From positions 928,001 through 992,000 of the forward strand of contig CAWIIB010000001.1 in NCBI GenBank assembly GCA_963836075.1: a DNA stretch of 64,000 nt. Reading direction: 5' to 3'. This DNA comes from an uncultured Acidobacteriota bacterium (GTDB taxonomy: Bacteria > Acidobacteriota > JAQAZP01). Below the pieces are notes generated by a model. The model was not told the origin of the DNA and did no database searches. It worked only from the letters and a program-made list of their open reading frames with translations. Below are positions 1 to 11,750 of the stretch, piece by piece (within the stretch, counting starts at the first letter, position 1; every line of letters starts with the position of its first letter). The position numbers and the translations under genes are program-made.

Positions 1-728
1 CGGCCCGGCTCTGGCCATTCCGCTGCTCTTCCAGAATGGGCTATTCGGTGTGCTGGAGCTGCTGCGCCGCCCTGGCGGAACGCCATTCAGCGCGGAGCGG
101 AGCCAGATGGCGGAGATCCTGGGCCAATCGGTGGCCTCCACCATTATCAACGCCCGTTTTCACACCTCACAGCAGAATTTCTCCGCCCACTCCATCGAGT
201 TGCTTCGTCTGGCCATGGACAGCCACATCGTCTGGAAAGGGCACCTGCACAACGTGACCCGCTATGCCTCACTGATCGGACGGCAACTGGAACTCAGCGA
301 GGAGGCCCGGCGGGAGATCCACTTCGCCGCCATCCTGCACGACATCGGTCTGCTCAAGCTTCGCCTGAGGGGCCGGCTCCTGGACCAGCAGAAGTGCCCG
401 GACCTCTACCGGGAGCACCCCGTCCTGGGAGCCGAGCTGATCGAACCGATCCAGGTCTGGGGGCACGTGGCTCCGATGATCCGCCATCACCACGAGTACC
501 TGCAACGGCGAGGGCTACCCCGACGGCCTGACCGGGGAACAGATCCCCCTGGGGTCGCGGATCATCGGCGTGGCGGAGGCGTTCGACGCGATGATCAATC
601 CCGAGTCCTACGCCGAGACCCGCACCCCGGAGGAAGCCCTGGCCGAGCTGGAACTGTACAGCGGGACGAGGTACGACGAGCGGGTTGTGGGTGCCCTGAA
701 AGAGGTCCTGGCCCGGGAAGAGATGTGA
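1..728 (+). CDS. GAF/HD-GYP domain phosphohydrolase, 5' end outside window; +1 frameshift near 499-500
   Basis: AAILHDIG and EHP..G..IRHHHE motifs in ORF 50-961. Removing one C at ~500 continues as YCNGEGYPDGLTGEQIPLGSRIIGVAEAFDAM... to TGA at 726-728 (HD-GYP signature). Confidence 0.85.
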
Positions 729-753
729 ACTCCTGCCCCTGTCCTGCCCTCTC

Positions 754-2286
754 TCACACCGCCATCACGTCGAACTGCTCGTGGTGCAGGTTGTCGTCGC
801 TCTTGACGGTGATGGTGGAGTTGAGGATCTCCTCCAGGTCCTGGACCAGCCGGTATTCGTCCTCGCGGAAGACCCGGGCCACGGCCGGGTTGGCGCGGAC
901 GATGAGGTGCTTGCCCTCGATGGCGGTGCGCGACTTGAGCAGTTCGCGCTGGATGTCGTAGCAGATGGTGGTCTCCGACTTGATCCGGCCTGAGCCCATG
1001 CAGTAGGGGCAGGGCTGGCAGAGCAGCCGTTCGAGGCTCTGCTTGACCCGCTTGCGGGTGATTTCCACCAGGCCGAAGTCGCTGATCTGCAGCAGCTTGG
1101 TCCGTGAACGGTCGCTTTTCAGCTCGTTTTCCAGCGCCTCCAGAACCTTGGCCTGGTTCTCCTTCTCCTCCATGTCGATGAAGTCGAGAATGATGATCCC
1201 GCCCAGGTCGCGCAGCCGGACCTGGCGCACGATGGCCTTTACCGCCTCGAGGTTGGTGCGCACCACCGTATCCTCCAGGCGCTTCTTGCCCACGTATTTA
1301 CCGGTGTTGACATCGATGGCCACCAGGGCCTCGGTCTGGTTGATCACGATATAGCCGCCCGACTTGAGCCAGACCTTGGAGCGCAGGCTCTTTTCGATCT
1401 CCAGCTGGATGCCGTACTCCTCGAAGATCGGGTAGTCCTTGCTGTAGAGCCGGATGCGGTTCACCAGTTCCGGCTGGATGCGGTCCATGAACTCCACGCA
1501 CTCCTCGTAAGCGTTCTCGGTGTCGACCCAGACCGCGGAGAAATCGGCGGAGAAGATGTCCCGCAGGGTGCGCTGGATCAGCCCCAGGTCGCGGTGGATC
1601 ACCGCCGGCGCCGACCGGCTTTCGGATTTCCTCCCGATCTCGTCCCAGATCTTCTTGAGGAAGTTCACGTCACGGGCGAAGTCCTCGCCCTCCTTTCCCT
1701 CGCCCGCGGTGCGGACGATGAACCCCTCGTCCGGGCCCTTCTCCGCGCTGATCACATCGCGCAGCCGGCTCCGCTCCGCCTCGTCCTCGATGCGGCGGGA
1801 GACCCCCACGTGCTCGACGGTGGGCATGAAGACCAGGTAGCGGCCGGGGAGAGTGACGTGGGTGGTGATCCGGGCGCCCTTGCCGGCGATGGGCTCCTTG
1901 GCCACCTGGACCAGGATCTCCTGCCCTTCACGGAGCAGTTCGTCGATGGACTGGGACCGCTGGGGGGGGTGGATGTGTTTCAGTTCGTCTTTGTTACCGT
2001 CGCCCTGGCCCTCTTCCTCGACATCCTCTTCGTCATCGATGGTCTCGGCCACCTCGATGCTGTCGATCACGTCGGCCACGTAGAGGAAGGCGTCCCGGTC
2101 GAGGCCGATGTTGACGAAGGCCGACTGCATCCCCGGCAGCACCTTGGTCACCCGGCCCTTGTGGATATTGCCGACGATTCCGCGCTGCTTTTCCCGTTCG
2201 ATGTAGATCTCGGTGAGGAGGTCGTCCTCCACCACCGCCACCCGCGTCTCCTGGGGGTTGGAGTTGATGATGATTTCCTTAGACAT
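754..2286 (-). CDS. rng: Ribonuclease G (Rne/Rng family)
   Basis: S1 region GNIHKGRVTKVLPGMQSAFV; DVNTG and IDFIDM-like (LDFIDM) catalytic motifs; CPYCMGSG; 510 aa; lies downstream of rodA. Confidence 0.93.
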   Translation of the reverse strand: MSKEIIINSNPQETRVAVVEDDLLTEIYIEREKQRGIVGNIHKGRVTKVLPGMQSAFVNIGLDRDAFLYVADVIDSIEVAETIDDEEDVEEEGQGDGNKDELKHIHPPQRSQSIDELLREGQEILVQVAKEPIAGKGARITTHVTLPGRYLVFMPTVEHVGVSRRIEDEAERSRLRDVISAEKGPDEGFIVRTAGEGKEGEDFARDVNFLKKIWDEIGRKSESRSAPAVIHRDLGLIQRTLRDIFSADFSAVWVDTENAYEECVEFMDRIQPELVNRIRLYSKDYPIFEEYGIQLEIEKSLRSKVWLKSGGYIVINQTEALVAIDVNTGKYVGKKRLEDTVVRTNLEAVKAIVRQVRLRDLGGIIILDFIDMEEKENQAKVLEALENELKSDRSRTKLLQISDFGLVEITRKRVKQSLERLLCQPCPYCMGSGRIKSETTICYDIQRELLKSRTAIEGKHLIVRANPAVARVFREDEYRLVQDLEEILNSTITVKSDDNLHHEQFDVMAV

Positions 2287-2315
2287 CCCTGTGGTTCTCC
2301 GGTATCACGGGCGGA

Positions 2316-3407
2316 TCAGTTGGTAAAACGCCGCACCCGAACATTCAGAATCAGTCCAATGGCGATAAAGGAGGATATCACCGACGACCCCCCGTAACTC
2401 ATCAGGGGCAGCGGGATTCCCGTGGTGGGCATCACGCCGATCACCATGCCCACGTTGACCAGTACGTGAAAGAGCAGGATCGACACCAGACCCATGGACA
2501 GAAAAATGCCCCGGCGGTCCCGGGCGTTTTTCGCTGCGCTCACCGAACGCGAAAAGAGTGTGAAGTATAACCCGAGTGTAAAGGCCACGCCTAGAAATCC
2601 GAACTCCTCGGCCAGCACCGAAAAGATGAAATCGGTGTGCTGCTCGGGAATGAACTTCAGCTGGCTCTGGGTGCCGGACATGAACCCCTTGCCCAGCAGG
2701 CGTCCCGAACCCACGGCTATTTTCGACTGGGCAATCTGGTAGCCGGCCCCCAACGGGTCTGACTCCGGGTCAACAAAGGTTTTGATGCGGTCTTGCTGGT
2801 ACTCCGCGAGGCCGAAGTTCCAGACGATGGGCAGCATGATCAGGCCGGCCAGGGCCAGCACACCGATGGTCTTCAACCGCAGACCGGCGAGGATGTTCAC
2901 CGCGGCCAGCAGCGGGACAAAGGTCAGGGCGGTGCCCAGGTCGGGCTGGAGGTAGATCAGGCCCACCGGCAGGGCCACCATGCCCGCGGTGACCAGCATG
3001 TTGACCAGGCGGTAGCCGTCCTCCCTGATCTCGGCGCAGTAGCGGGCCAGAAGCAGGGCGGTGGTGATCTTGACCAGCTCCGAAGGCTGGAAATTGAAGA
3101 TCCCCAGCGGGATCCAGCTGCGGGCCCCGGAGATGGTCTTGCCGAAGATCAGCACGCCCACCAGCACGGCGATGGAGAGGAGGTAGAAGTAGCCGGAAAA
3201 CTCCACCCAGAAGTGGTAGTCAACGGCGAGCACCAGCAGCATCAGTCCCAGCCCCACGGCGATCCAGAGCGCCTGCTTGCGGTACAGCCCCTCGTGCTCC
3301 CCGCCGTAGGTGGCGCTGAAAATCAGCGCCACACCGATGGCGCAGATGACCAGGCTCACCACCAGGATCGACCAGTCGAAGTTGAACAGGGCGCGACGGC
3401 TCAGCAT
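2316..3407 (-). CDS. rodA: Rod shape-determining protein RodA (SEDS glycosyltransferase)
   Basis: Multi-TM protein with GARSW, FQPSE, QPDLGTA, PEQHTDFIF and LPLMSYGGSS motifs; start re-assigned to ATG at 3407 (MLSRRALF). Confidence 0.95.
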   Translation of the reverse strand: MLSRRALFNFDWSILVVSLVICAIGVALIFSATYGGEHEGLYRKQALWIAVGLGLMLLVLAVDYHFWVEFSGYFYLLSIAVLVGVLIFGKTISGARSWIPLGIFNFQPSELVKITTALLLARYCAEIREDGYRLVNMLVTAGMVALPVGLIYLQPDLGTALTFVPLLAAVNILAGLRLKTIGVLALAGLIMLPIVWNFGLAEYQQDRIKTFVDPESDPLGAGYQIAQSKIAVGSGRLLGKGFMSGTQSQLKFIPEQHTDFIFSVLAEEFGFLGVAFTLGLYFTLFSRSVSAAKNARDRRGIFLSMGLVSILLFHVLVNVGMVIGVMPTTGIPLPLMSYGGSSVISSFIAIGLILNVRVRRFTN

Positions 3408-3411
3408 CTGG

Positions 3412-5286
3412 TTACCTGTCCCCGGCGGATCCGGCCCGGGCGACCACCAGCGGGTCGGTGTCCTCGGCCGGCTTCGGGTGATATTTGTCGCGGTAGACCT
3501 CGAGCACCTTCTGAACCACCGGCGCCGCGGTGTCCCCGCCGTGGCCGCCGTGCTCGATAAAAACGCAGTAGGCGATCTCCGGGTTGTCCCGCGGGGCGAA
3601 CCCGGAGAACCAGGCGTGGTCCCGCATCTCACGGGGCAGGTCCTTCGGTTTGACCCCTGCCGACGCCTTGTGGATCTGGGCCGTGCTGGTCTTGCCGCAG
3701 ACGTCGAAATCCTTGACCCGCGCCCGCCGGGCCGTGCCGCCGTCCACGTTGACCACCATCCAGAGCGCCTCCTTGAGCACCTCGATGGTGGAGGGCCGCA
3801 CCCCCAGTTCGCCCAGCGGTTCCGGTGCGGCGGGCCAGCCCTCACGGCCCACGATCTCCTCCACCAGGTAGGGCCGGTAGCGGGTGCCGCCGTTGGCCAC
3901 CGCGGCCATGGCCACCGCCAGCTGGACCGGGGTCACCTCCAGATAGCCCTGGCCGATGGCGATGGAGATGGTTTCGCCGGGGTACCAAGGCTGGTTAAAG
4001 GTTTTTCGCTTCCAGGCCACCGAGGGGATGGTGCCCGGCGTCTCGGGCACGAGGTCGATGCCGGTTTTGCTCCCCAGGCCGAAGCGGTCGGCCCACTTGT
4101 GAATGGTATCGATACCCAGTTGTGCGCCCAGGTGGTAAAAGTAGACGTTGCAGGATTTGTGGATCGCCTCCTTGAGGGCCACCGTCCCGTGGCCCCCGGC
4201 CCGCCAGCAACGGAAGGTGTGATTGTAGATCCGCGCGTGGCCGATGCAGGTCCTCGCCGTGGCCGGAGTGATCACCCCTTCCTCGAGGCCGGCGGTGGCC
4301 ATGATGATCTTGAACGCCGAGCCGGGAGGATACTTGCTTTGGATCGCCCGGTTCTGCAACGGGTGCTCCGGGTTGGAGATGATCGAGCTCCAGAATTCAC
4401 CGCTGAGGCGCACGGCAAATTTGTTGGGGTCGAAGACCGGACGGGAGACCAGGGCCAGAATCCGGCCCGAGTTCGGATCGAGGAAGATGGCCGCCCCGGT
4501 CTCATCGCCAAAGGCCTCCTCGGTGGCCGCCTGGAGATCGCGGTCGATGGTCAGCCGCATGGTGCAGCCCTGGAGCGGCGGCTGGCGGTCGTGCTCCCTG
4601 ATCTCCCGGCCGAGGGAGTTGACCACCATCTTCTTCAAGCCGTTGGCCCCCTGCAGAGCAGGGTTGTAATACAATTCCAGGCCGGCCTTGCCCACCAGGT
4701 CGCCGGGCAGCAGTTCCTGGTCCCCTCCCTCGGCCCGCCGGACCTGTTCCGCGGTCACCTCCCCCACGTAGCCCATCAGGTGGGCCCCGAGCACGCCCTC
4801 GTTGTAGTGACGCAGGTATTTCTGGTGTACACGGATGCCGGCGTAGGACTCGCGGCGGGAGGAGAAGTGGGAAACCTCCTCGAGGCTCAGGTTCTCCTTG
4901 AGCACGATGGGCCTGAACTTCTGCAGCGTTTTGTACTTTTCCACCCGCTCCTCCAGCTGCTCCAGCGGCAGCTCCACCACCCTGGAGACCGCGGCCAGCA
5001 GCTCCTCCTGGGGGACCAGCATGTCCTCGCGGATCAGCTCGAGGTCGAAGGAGAGGGTGTTGCCGGCCAGCACACGACCCTCGCGGTCGAGGATCAGGCC
5101 CCGGGGGGCGTAGAGTACCTGGGTTTTCAGCCGGTTGTTCTCCGAGCGCTCACGGTAGTAACTGCCGTGGAGCACCTGGTGGTACCAGAAACCGAGGACC
5201 AGGAACCCCAGGGCCAGGTAGCCCACGGTGCGGATCATATCGACCCGCCTGGTGATCGTGCGGCGGTCTTCGCTGAGCTGCATCAT
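3412..5286 (-). CDS. mrdA: Penicillin-binding protein 2
   Basis: APRGLILDR, PPGSAFK (SxxK), SCN (SxN) and GKTST (KTG-like) motifs; sits between mreD and rodA. Confidence 0.95.
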   Translation of the reverse strand: MMQLSEDRRTITRRVDMIRTVGYLALGFLVLGFWYHQVLHGSYYRERSENNRLKTQVLYAPRGLILDREGRVLAGNTLSFDLELIREDMLVPQEELLAAVSRVVELPLEQLEERVEKYKTLQKFRPIVLKENLSLEEVSHFSSRRESYAGIRVHQKYLRHYNEGVLGAHLMGYVGEVTAEQVRRAEGGDQELLPGDLVGKAGLELYYNPALQGANGLKKMVVNSLGREIREHDRQPPLQGCTMRLTIDRDLQAATEEAFGDETGAAIFLDPNSGRILALVSRPVFDPNKFAVRLSGEFWSSIISNPEHPLQNRAIQSKYPPGSAFKIIMATAGLEEGVITPATARTCIGHARIYNHTFRCWRAGGHGTVALKEAIHKSCNVYFYHLGAQLGIDTIHKWADRFGLGSKTGIDLVPETPGTIPSVAWKRKTFNQPWYPGETISIAIGQGYLEVTPVQLAVAMAAVANGGTRYRPYLVEEIVGREGWPAAPEPLGELGVRPSTIEVLKEALWMVVNVDGGTARRARVKDFDVCGKTSTAQIHKASAGVKPKDLPREMRDHAWFSGFAPRDNPEIAYCVFIEHGGHGGDTAAPVVQKVLEVYRDKYHPKPAEDTDPLVVARAGSAGDR

Positions 5287-5299
5287 CCCGCGCCCCCCC

Positions 5300-5818
5300 T
5301 TACCGTGACAGCCGGCTCACGCCCCGGGAGCGCATCCGTCCCGCGGAGAGCCGGCGGAAGAGCAGTACGCTCAGTTTCATCAGCAGCACGCCCCCGAAGG
5401 CATTGCAAGCCGTGCGGATCAACAGTTCGGGAAAGACCTGTCCCGGTGCAATGCCGAACAGCGCGGCACGGAGGCCGATGCAGATTCCCTCGTTGAGCCA
5501 GGTGGCCACGGCCAGCACCACCAGCTGGGTCAGGGCGGTGTCGATCATGAACCGCTGGTAGAAGGAGGAGGCCAGATAGCCCACCACGGTCTTGGAGAAC
5601 CCGTTGAGTCCGAAGAGGATTCCGGTAAAGGCGTCCTGGAGCAGCCCGCTGGTGCTGCCCAGCAGGGTGGCCTGAATCCGCGAGCGGCTGACGCTGTTGA
5701 AGATCACCACGATGAGCATGAAATCGAAATAGCGGAAGAAACCGGCCACGTAGCGCGGCAGGAGCAGCTCGGCCAGCAGGGCCAGCAGGAGCACCGCGGG
5801 AAGACGGAGAAACTTCAT
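5300..5818 (-). CDS. mreD: Rod shape-determining protein MreD
   Basis: 172-aa hydrophobic multi-TM protein with GLLQD motif, between mreC and mrdA. Confidence 0.85.
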   Translation of the reverse strand: MKFLRLPAVLLLALLAELLLPRYVAGFFRYFDFMLIVVIFNSVSRSRIQATLLGSTSGLLQDAFTGILFGLNGFSKTVVGYLASSFYQRFMIDTALTQLVVLAVATWLNEGICIGLRAALFGIAPGQVFPELLIRTACNAFGGVLLMKLSVLLFRRLSAGRMRSRGVSRLSR

Positions 5819-6747
5819 CGTTCTTCTCCTTTCCCGTTCGGTACAGCCACGGGATCAGAACCGTCCCCACCGCTGAGCTCGGAAGGGAGCCGTTCTTCCG
5901 TGGTCACCACCAGCACTTCCTCCAGCAGGCTCATGTTTACCGCCGGTTCCACCACAACCCGCATGGAGAGCCCCGGCCCCGCCTCCACGGCGATCACCGT
6001 ACCCACGGCCAGGCCCGCGGGGAAGATACCGCCGAGGCCGGAGGTAAGCACCAGGTCGCCCGGCTCCACGTCGTCGAGGCTGGAGATGTGCTGCATTTCC
6101 AGCGCCGGCTTGCCGTCGTCCAGCAGGGCGCCGCCGGTGAGCATGCCCCACACCCGGCTGCGCTCCACCCGGGCCGAGATGCCGCTGTTGATGTCGGTGG
6201 CCAACAGCACGGTGGTAATCAATGAGGTGCAGGTCAATGTCTTGCCCACCACCCCTTCAGCGGTGATCACCGGCATGTTCGGCCGCAACCCGGCGGAGGC
6301 ACCCCGGTTGAGCAGCAGGACCCGGGACTGCTCCACACTGTGGCGATTGGAGATCACCAGGGCGGGGCTGATGGATTCCAGCAGCGGTTCCTCGCCCGGA
6401 AGATCAAACTCCTGGATGAACCGGTACAGTGCCGCATCCCGCTCGTAACTCCGGAGTTTCTCCCGCAGCAGGGCCAGTTCCAGGGCCTGCCGGTCAAACT
6501 GGTCCAGGGTTCGGCGGTTCGCGGCCCGGGCATCCACCAGGTTGAAGTAGCCGAACCAGGTGTCCCGCACCTTCTGGGCCGTGCCGGCGGAAAGCCGGAC
6601 AAAGGGGGAGCAGGCCTGCATCACCGTCCTGGTGAGCAAGGAGGAACCGTTTCCATTATCCGCCTGGGAGGCGAGGATGCAGAGCAGGACCAGCAGAACC
6701 GTGACAAACAGAAGAGGGTCTTTCCTTCTGACGATAAAACCGGCCAT
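5815..6747 (-). CDS. mreC: Rod shape-determining protein MreC
   Basis: N-terminal TM, coiled coil, LNRG...MPVIT..GVVG and GDLVLTSGLGGIFPAG motifs. Confidence 0.93.
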   Translation of the reverse strand: MAGFIVRRKDPLLFVTVLLVLLCILASQADNGNGSSLLTRTVMQACSPFVRLSAGTAQKVRDTWFGYFNLVDARAANRRTLDQFDRQALELALLREKLRSYERDAALYRFIQEFDLPGEEPLLESISPALVISNRHSVEQSRVLLLNRGASAGLRPNMPVITAEGVVGKTLTCTSLITTVLLATDINSGISARVERSRVWGMLTGGALLDDGKPALEMQHISSLDDVEPGDLVLTSGLGGIFPAGLAVGTVIAVEAGPGLSMRVVVEPAVNMSLLEEVLVVTTEERLPSELSGGDGSDPVAVPNGKGEER

Positions 6748-6810
6748 GCCGTTTTCCGTCTCCCGGGCCCGGCCCGGCCGGCCGCAGGAAAATCGGGGTG
6801 TTGAGGGTCG

Positions 6811-7896
<1,086 letters not shown>

Positions 7897-9369
7897 TCAG
7901 GGGAGGGTCACGTCAACTTCATACAATTTGGTAGTGGTCAGCCCGCTGGCGTCCTGGGCCACCACTTCGATCCGGTTGATGCCTTCTTCGGGCAACGTGA
8001 TCAGGTGCCGGAACGAACCGTCACTCTCCACATCGGCTTCGTCGTCGTTGATGCTTAGCAAAACCCCGGCGTCGGTGAAGCCCTCCACCAGGGCGATGTT
8101 ACCGAACGACATCGGGCTCTCCACAGTAAGCCGTGGTGGTTTTCTGTTGGCGCGGTCCGGCATGCTGTCAGCTTGCTTGACCTCGAACTTGTAGGTCTGA
8201 CTGTATTCGCCCTCGATACCGAGGGCTGAGATCGAGCTGACATGCCAGTAATACTCGCCCGGCGCAAGGTTGCGCACCGTGATCCGGTCCTCGTGCATGT
8301 CCGTCCGGTCCACCATGGCATGGGCAAACAGGGAGTGGCTGGCAATCTGCAGGTGGTAGCGGTATTCAGGCTGCACGGTAAGCCACTTCAGTTCCACCAC
8401 GGACTCCTCGCCCGGTCTGCTGAACACCGGGCGGAGGTGCGGCGGGCTGACCAGTTTCGGCGGCATGGGCAGGTGGCTGACGGGGGAGATGGTCTTGTCC
8501 TGCGCCACGGTGATCTTCTGGTCCTTGGTCACCTTGCGCCGCTCGCTGCCGGTGTCCAGCTCGACGCTTCCATCGTAGACATAGACGCTGGTCTCTCCGC
8601 TCTGCACGTCATAGTTGACGGCGGAATGGCTGTTCTCGGCCATACTGGAGGTCGCACTTGGGGTGGAGACCTTGGATGAGGATCCCTCCACCGAGCGGCT
8701 GGATGTGGAGAGGTCGAGGAAGCCGAAGTTGACATTGACTTCCACGTCCTTTTCCCGGGTCACCGGGTTGAAGGCGCTCTTCTGAATCTCGATCAGGGAG
8801 TTGGGCTTCAGCTCGTACAGACTGCCGTCAAAAGCAAAGAGGAGCGCACTTCCCCGTTCCCCGGTCTGAACCTTGTCCATCGGCTCCAGTTCCATGTCCT
8901 GGACCGCCTGCTCCCACTGCAGGGAGTTTTTGCGTTTGACCCGCACGTCGCCTTCCACATCGAACACCTTGAAGCTGTAAGGACTTCGCTCGGAACCGGC
9001 ACTGTCCAGGATGTAGCTGGACAGTTTTCCCGACTCGATGGCCAGATCGTAGGAAAAGCTCAGCGCCGAACGGTCGAACGCTTCCCGGGCTTCTCCCAGA
9101 CGACCGCCGGCCCGGTTGAGGAAATCCTGCAGCTCGCGGTTCATTTTCACCCGCGATGCCCGGTCAAAGAGCTGCTCTGCCACCTGGATCGCCTCCGCCA
9201 CCCGCCGTTCCTCGGGAGTGAGGCCCCAGTTTTTCTCGTAGACGAGGTACGACGGGTAGGCCAGGATGGCGATGAGCACCACGGCGATAAGTGCCAGGCG
9301 ACGATAGGTGACCGTGTACCAATCGATCCAGAATGAACTGGTGCCGTGTCTCTTGTCCGCTGCCGACAT
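7897..9369 (-). CDS. Membrane-anchored FecR-domain protein with C-terminal FN3/Ig-like domains
   Basis: N-terminal TM; VEGDVRVKR...DKVQTG...DGS..ELKPNS and V.VYDGSVE FecR-like pattern; GEYYWHV FN3-like segment; EGINRIEVVAQD Ig-like end. Confidence 0.7.
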   Translation of the reverse strand: MSAADKRHGTSSFWIDWYTVTYRRLALIAVVLIAILAYPSYLVYEKNWGLTPEERRVAEAIQVAEQLFDRASRVKMNRELQDFLNRAGGRLGEAREAFDRSALSFSYDLAIESGKLSSYILDSAGSERSPYSFKVFDVEGDVRVKRKNSLQWEQAVQDMELEPMDKVQTGERGSALLFAFDGSLYELKPNSLIEIQKSAFNPVTREKDVEVNVNFGFLDLSTSSRSVEGSSSKVSTPSATSSMAENSHSAVNYDVQSGETSVYVYDGSVELDTGSERRKVTKDQKITVAQDKTISPVSHLPMPPKLVSPPHLRPVFSRPGEESVVELKWLTVQPEYRYHLQIASHSLFAHAMVDRTDMHEDRITVRNLAPGEYYWHVSSISALGIEGEYSQTYKFEVKQADSMPDRANRKPPRLTVESPMSFGNIALVEGFTDAGVLLSINDDEADVESDGSFRHLITLPEEGINRIEVVAQDASGLTTTKLYEVDVTLP

Positions 9370-9677
9370 GCGAATCCCTCATAAAATGGCGAAAAAACTG
9401 CATTTATGGCCCGGAGACTGATAAACGGTATATAACACATTAACTTCCATTATTCAATGTGGTAACGGGGAAAACAGGCTGTCGGGGCGAATATTTCCCG
9501 AATTCTGACCAGGCGGTTCCATGGCCCCGTCAGCCGGGCTGTCGTATCCGGTTGAACTTTCTCCGGCGTTTCGCTAGAATTCATCCCTTCGCGCGGCGAT
9601 TTTTGTCCCGCGGAAGTTCGGTTTGTCAAAAAACGGCGGGTGACGCTCACCCCCGATCAACCTGGAGGTGCTGGTTC

Positions 9678-11603
9678 ATGCTCAGAACCATGAGAGAAAA
9701 CCTGAAATCACTCAGTGTGATTCTCTGGCTGGTGATTGCCGCTTTTATCCTTTCGGTCTTTGTCACCTGGGGGATGAAGGGATCGTACGGCGGTGGTGAA
9801 ATGGGGCAAGGTGTTGTTGCCACGGTGGACGGAGAGCCCATCGATTACAAGGAATTCCAGCAGGCGCTGAACAACCAGCGAAATCTCTACCGCTCACTGT
9901 ACAAGGAGCGCTACCAGGAGATGCTCCAGAACCTCGACCTGGAACAGTCGGTGCTCGACTCCCTGGTGGACCAGAAAGTGGCGCTGAACGAGGCCCGCTC
10001 CCTGGGCATCTCGGTCACCCCGGAAGAGGTCCAGAAGCGGATCCTCGAAATGCCGGCCTTCCAGCAGGACGGCCGTTTCATCGGCCAGGACCTCTACCGC
10101 CAGATTCTGGAGATGAACAACATCACCGTCCAGACCTTTGAGAAGATGGTGGGTGACGAGATCGTGTTCAACCGCTACCGCGACCTGATCACCGACTCGG
10201 TTGTGGTGAGCGAGGACAACGTCCGCAGCGAATACATGAAGCAGAATGAAAAAGCCACCATCGAGTACGTCTACTTCGATCACAGCCTGTTCAAGGATCA
10301 GGTGGTGATCGATGATGACGCGCTGGCTGCCTGGTATGACGAGCACCAGGAGGACTACCGCGAATCGGAGAAACGGGAGGTCCGCTTCCTGTTGGTGGAC
10401 GCCCGGCAGGTCCAGGACCGGGTGGAACTCACCGACGATGATATCGAGTACTACTACCAGGACAACCGGGATTCCCAGTTCTACTCTCCGGACCAGGTCC
10501 GGGCCAGCCACATCCTGCTCAAGACCAACACCACGATGAGTGACGAGGAGAAGGCGGCACTCCGCCAGCGGGCTGAAGAACTGCTGGCCGAGGCACGGGA
10601 CGGGGCCGATTTCGCGAAACTGGCCGAAGAGCACTCGGAGGACTCCTCCGCCTCCCGCGGCGGCGACCTCGGCTTCTTCGCCGAGGGTGCCATGGTCAAG
10701 CCGTTCTCCGACGCGGCTTTCGCCCTCGCCCCCGGCGAGATCAGCGAGGTGGTGGATTCTCCTTTCGGCTACCACATCATCCTGGTCACCGAGAAGAAAG
10801 CAGAGGGCTACCAGCCGCTGGAAGAAGTCCGCGAACGGATCGAGCGGACGTTGAAGATGGAGTACGCCCGGGACGAAGTGCCCGAGGTGGCCGCCGAGCT
10901 GATGGACCGTCTGGACCAGGGCGAAACCTTCGAGGACCTGGCCGGACCGGAAGGCGCCGGCTTCATCATCCGTGATGCCACGTTCGGGTATGAGGACAAC
11001 ATCCCCTTTATCGGCCGCAACCCCGACTTCGCCGATGCCGCCTTCGGCCTCACCGAGCCGGGGGCCGTGGCCGGCCCGGTGACGGTGCCCCAGGGCTCGG
11101 CAATCATCAGCCTGGTCTCGGTGATCGAGCCGCACGTTCCCGCCCTCGAGGAGAAGCGGCAGGAAGTGGAATCGACCTACCGCATGGAGCAGGCGAAGAG
11201 CCTGGCCCGCGCCGCTGCCGAAGAAATGCACGCCATGGCCGGCAACTCAACACTGGCCGAAGCGGCGGCCGGCCGCGTGGATGAAGGACTGAAAGTGAAA
11301 GTCTCGGAACCGCTCAAGCGGAACGGCTATATCGATGGGGTCGGCTCCACCAGGCCGCTGGACAAGGAAATCTTCAACCTCGAGGCGGGTCAGCTGGCCC
11401 CGGTGGCCACCCTGCCCAACGGTGAACTGGTCTTCGCCCTCAAGGAACTGACCAGCCCCGACGAGGAGAGCTTCCAGCAGGAGAAGTCGAACACCCGCAC
11501 CCAGCTGGAGTCGTCAAAGCAGCAGCTGCTGCTCACCTCTACCATCGCCGAGCTGAAGAAGCACCAGGAGGTCGTGCTCAACCCGGCCTACTTCAACCGG
11601 TAA
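9678..11603 (+). CDS. ppiD: PpiD/SurA-type membrane-anchored peptidyl-prolyl isomerase
   Basis: MLRTMRE start after GGAGG RBS; TM; SurA-N domain; parvulin motif VRASHILLK...DFAKLA...GGDLGFF...FGYHII. Confidence 0.88.
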   Translation: MLRTMRENLKSLSVILWLVIAAFILSVFVTWGMKGSYGGGEMGQGVVATVDGEPIDYKEFQQALNNQRNLYRSLYKERYQEMLQNLDLEQSVLDSLVDQKVALNEARSLGISVTPEEVQKRILEMPAFQQDGRFIGQDLYRQILEMNNITVQTFEKMVGDEIVFNRYRDLITDSVVVSEDNVRSEYMKQNEKATIEYVYFDHSLFKDQVVIDDDALAAWYDEHQEDYRESEKREVRFLLVDARQVQDRVELTDDDIEYYYQDNRDSQFYSPDQVRASHILLKTNTTMSDEEKAALRQRAEELLAEARDGADFAKLAEEHSEDSSASRGGDLGFFAEGAMVKPFSDAAFALAPGEISEVVDSPFGYHIILVTEKKAEGYQPLEEVRERIERTLKMEYARDEVPEVAAELMDRLDQGETFEDLAGPEGAGFIIRDATFGYEDNIPFIGRNPDFADAAFGLTEPGAVAGPVTVPQGSAIISLVSVIEPHVPALEEKRQEVESTYRMEQAKSLARAAAEEMHAMAGNSTLAEAAAGRVDEGLKVKVSEPLKRNGYIDGVGSTRPLDKEIFNLEAGQLAPVATLPNGELVFALKELTSPDEESFQQEKSNTRTQLESSKQQLLLTSTIAELKKHQEVVLNPAYFNR

Positions 11604-11637
11604 GCCGGGACCACCGGTCATCAACCGCTGACAACGG

Positions 11638-11669
11638 ACGGCCTCCCCCCCCGGGGAGGCCGTTTTTTT
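11638..11669 (+). terminator. Rho-independent terminator after ppiD
   Basis: ACGGCCTCCCC-loop-GGGGAGGCCGT followed by a T tract. Confidence 0.85.
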
Positions 11670-11750
11670 GCCCGAAACCTGTTTCATGTACAATGAAACA
11701 GGTGTGAGCACCGTTTCCCGCGAACCGCCCCACACTCGAGGAGAAAACCA

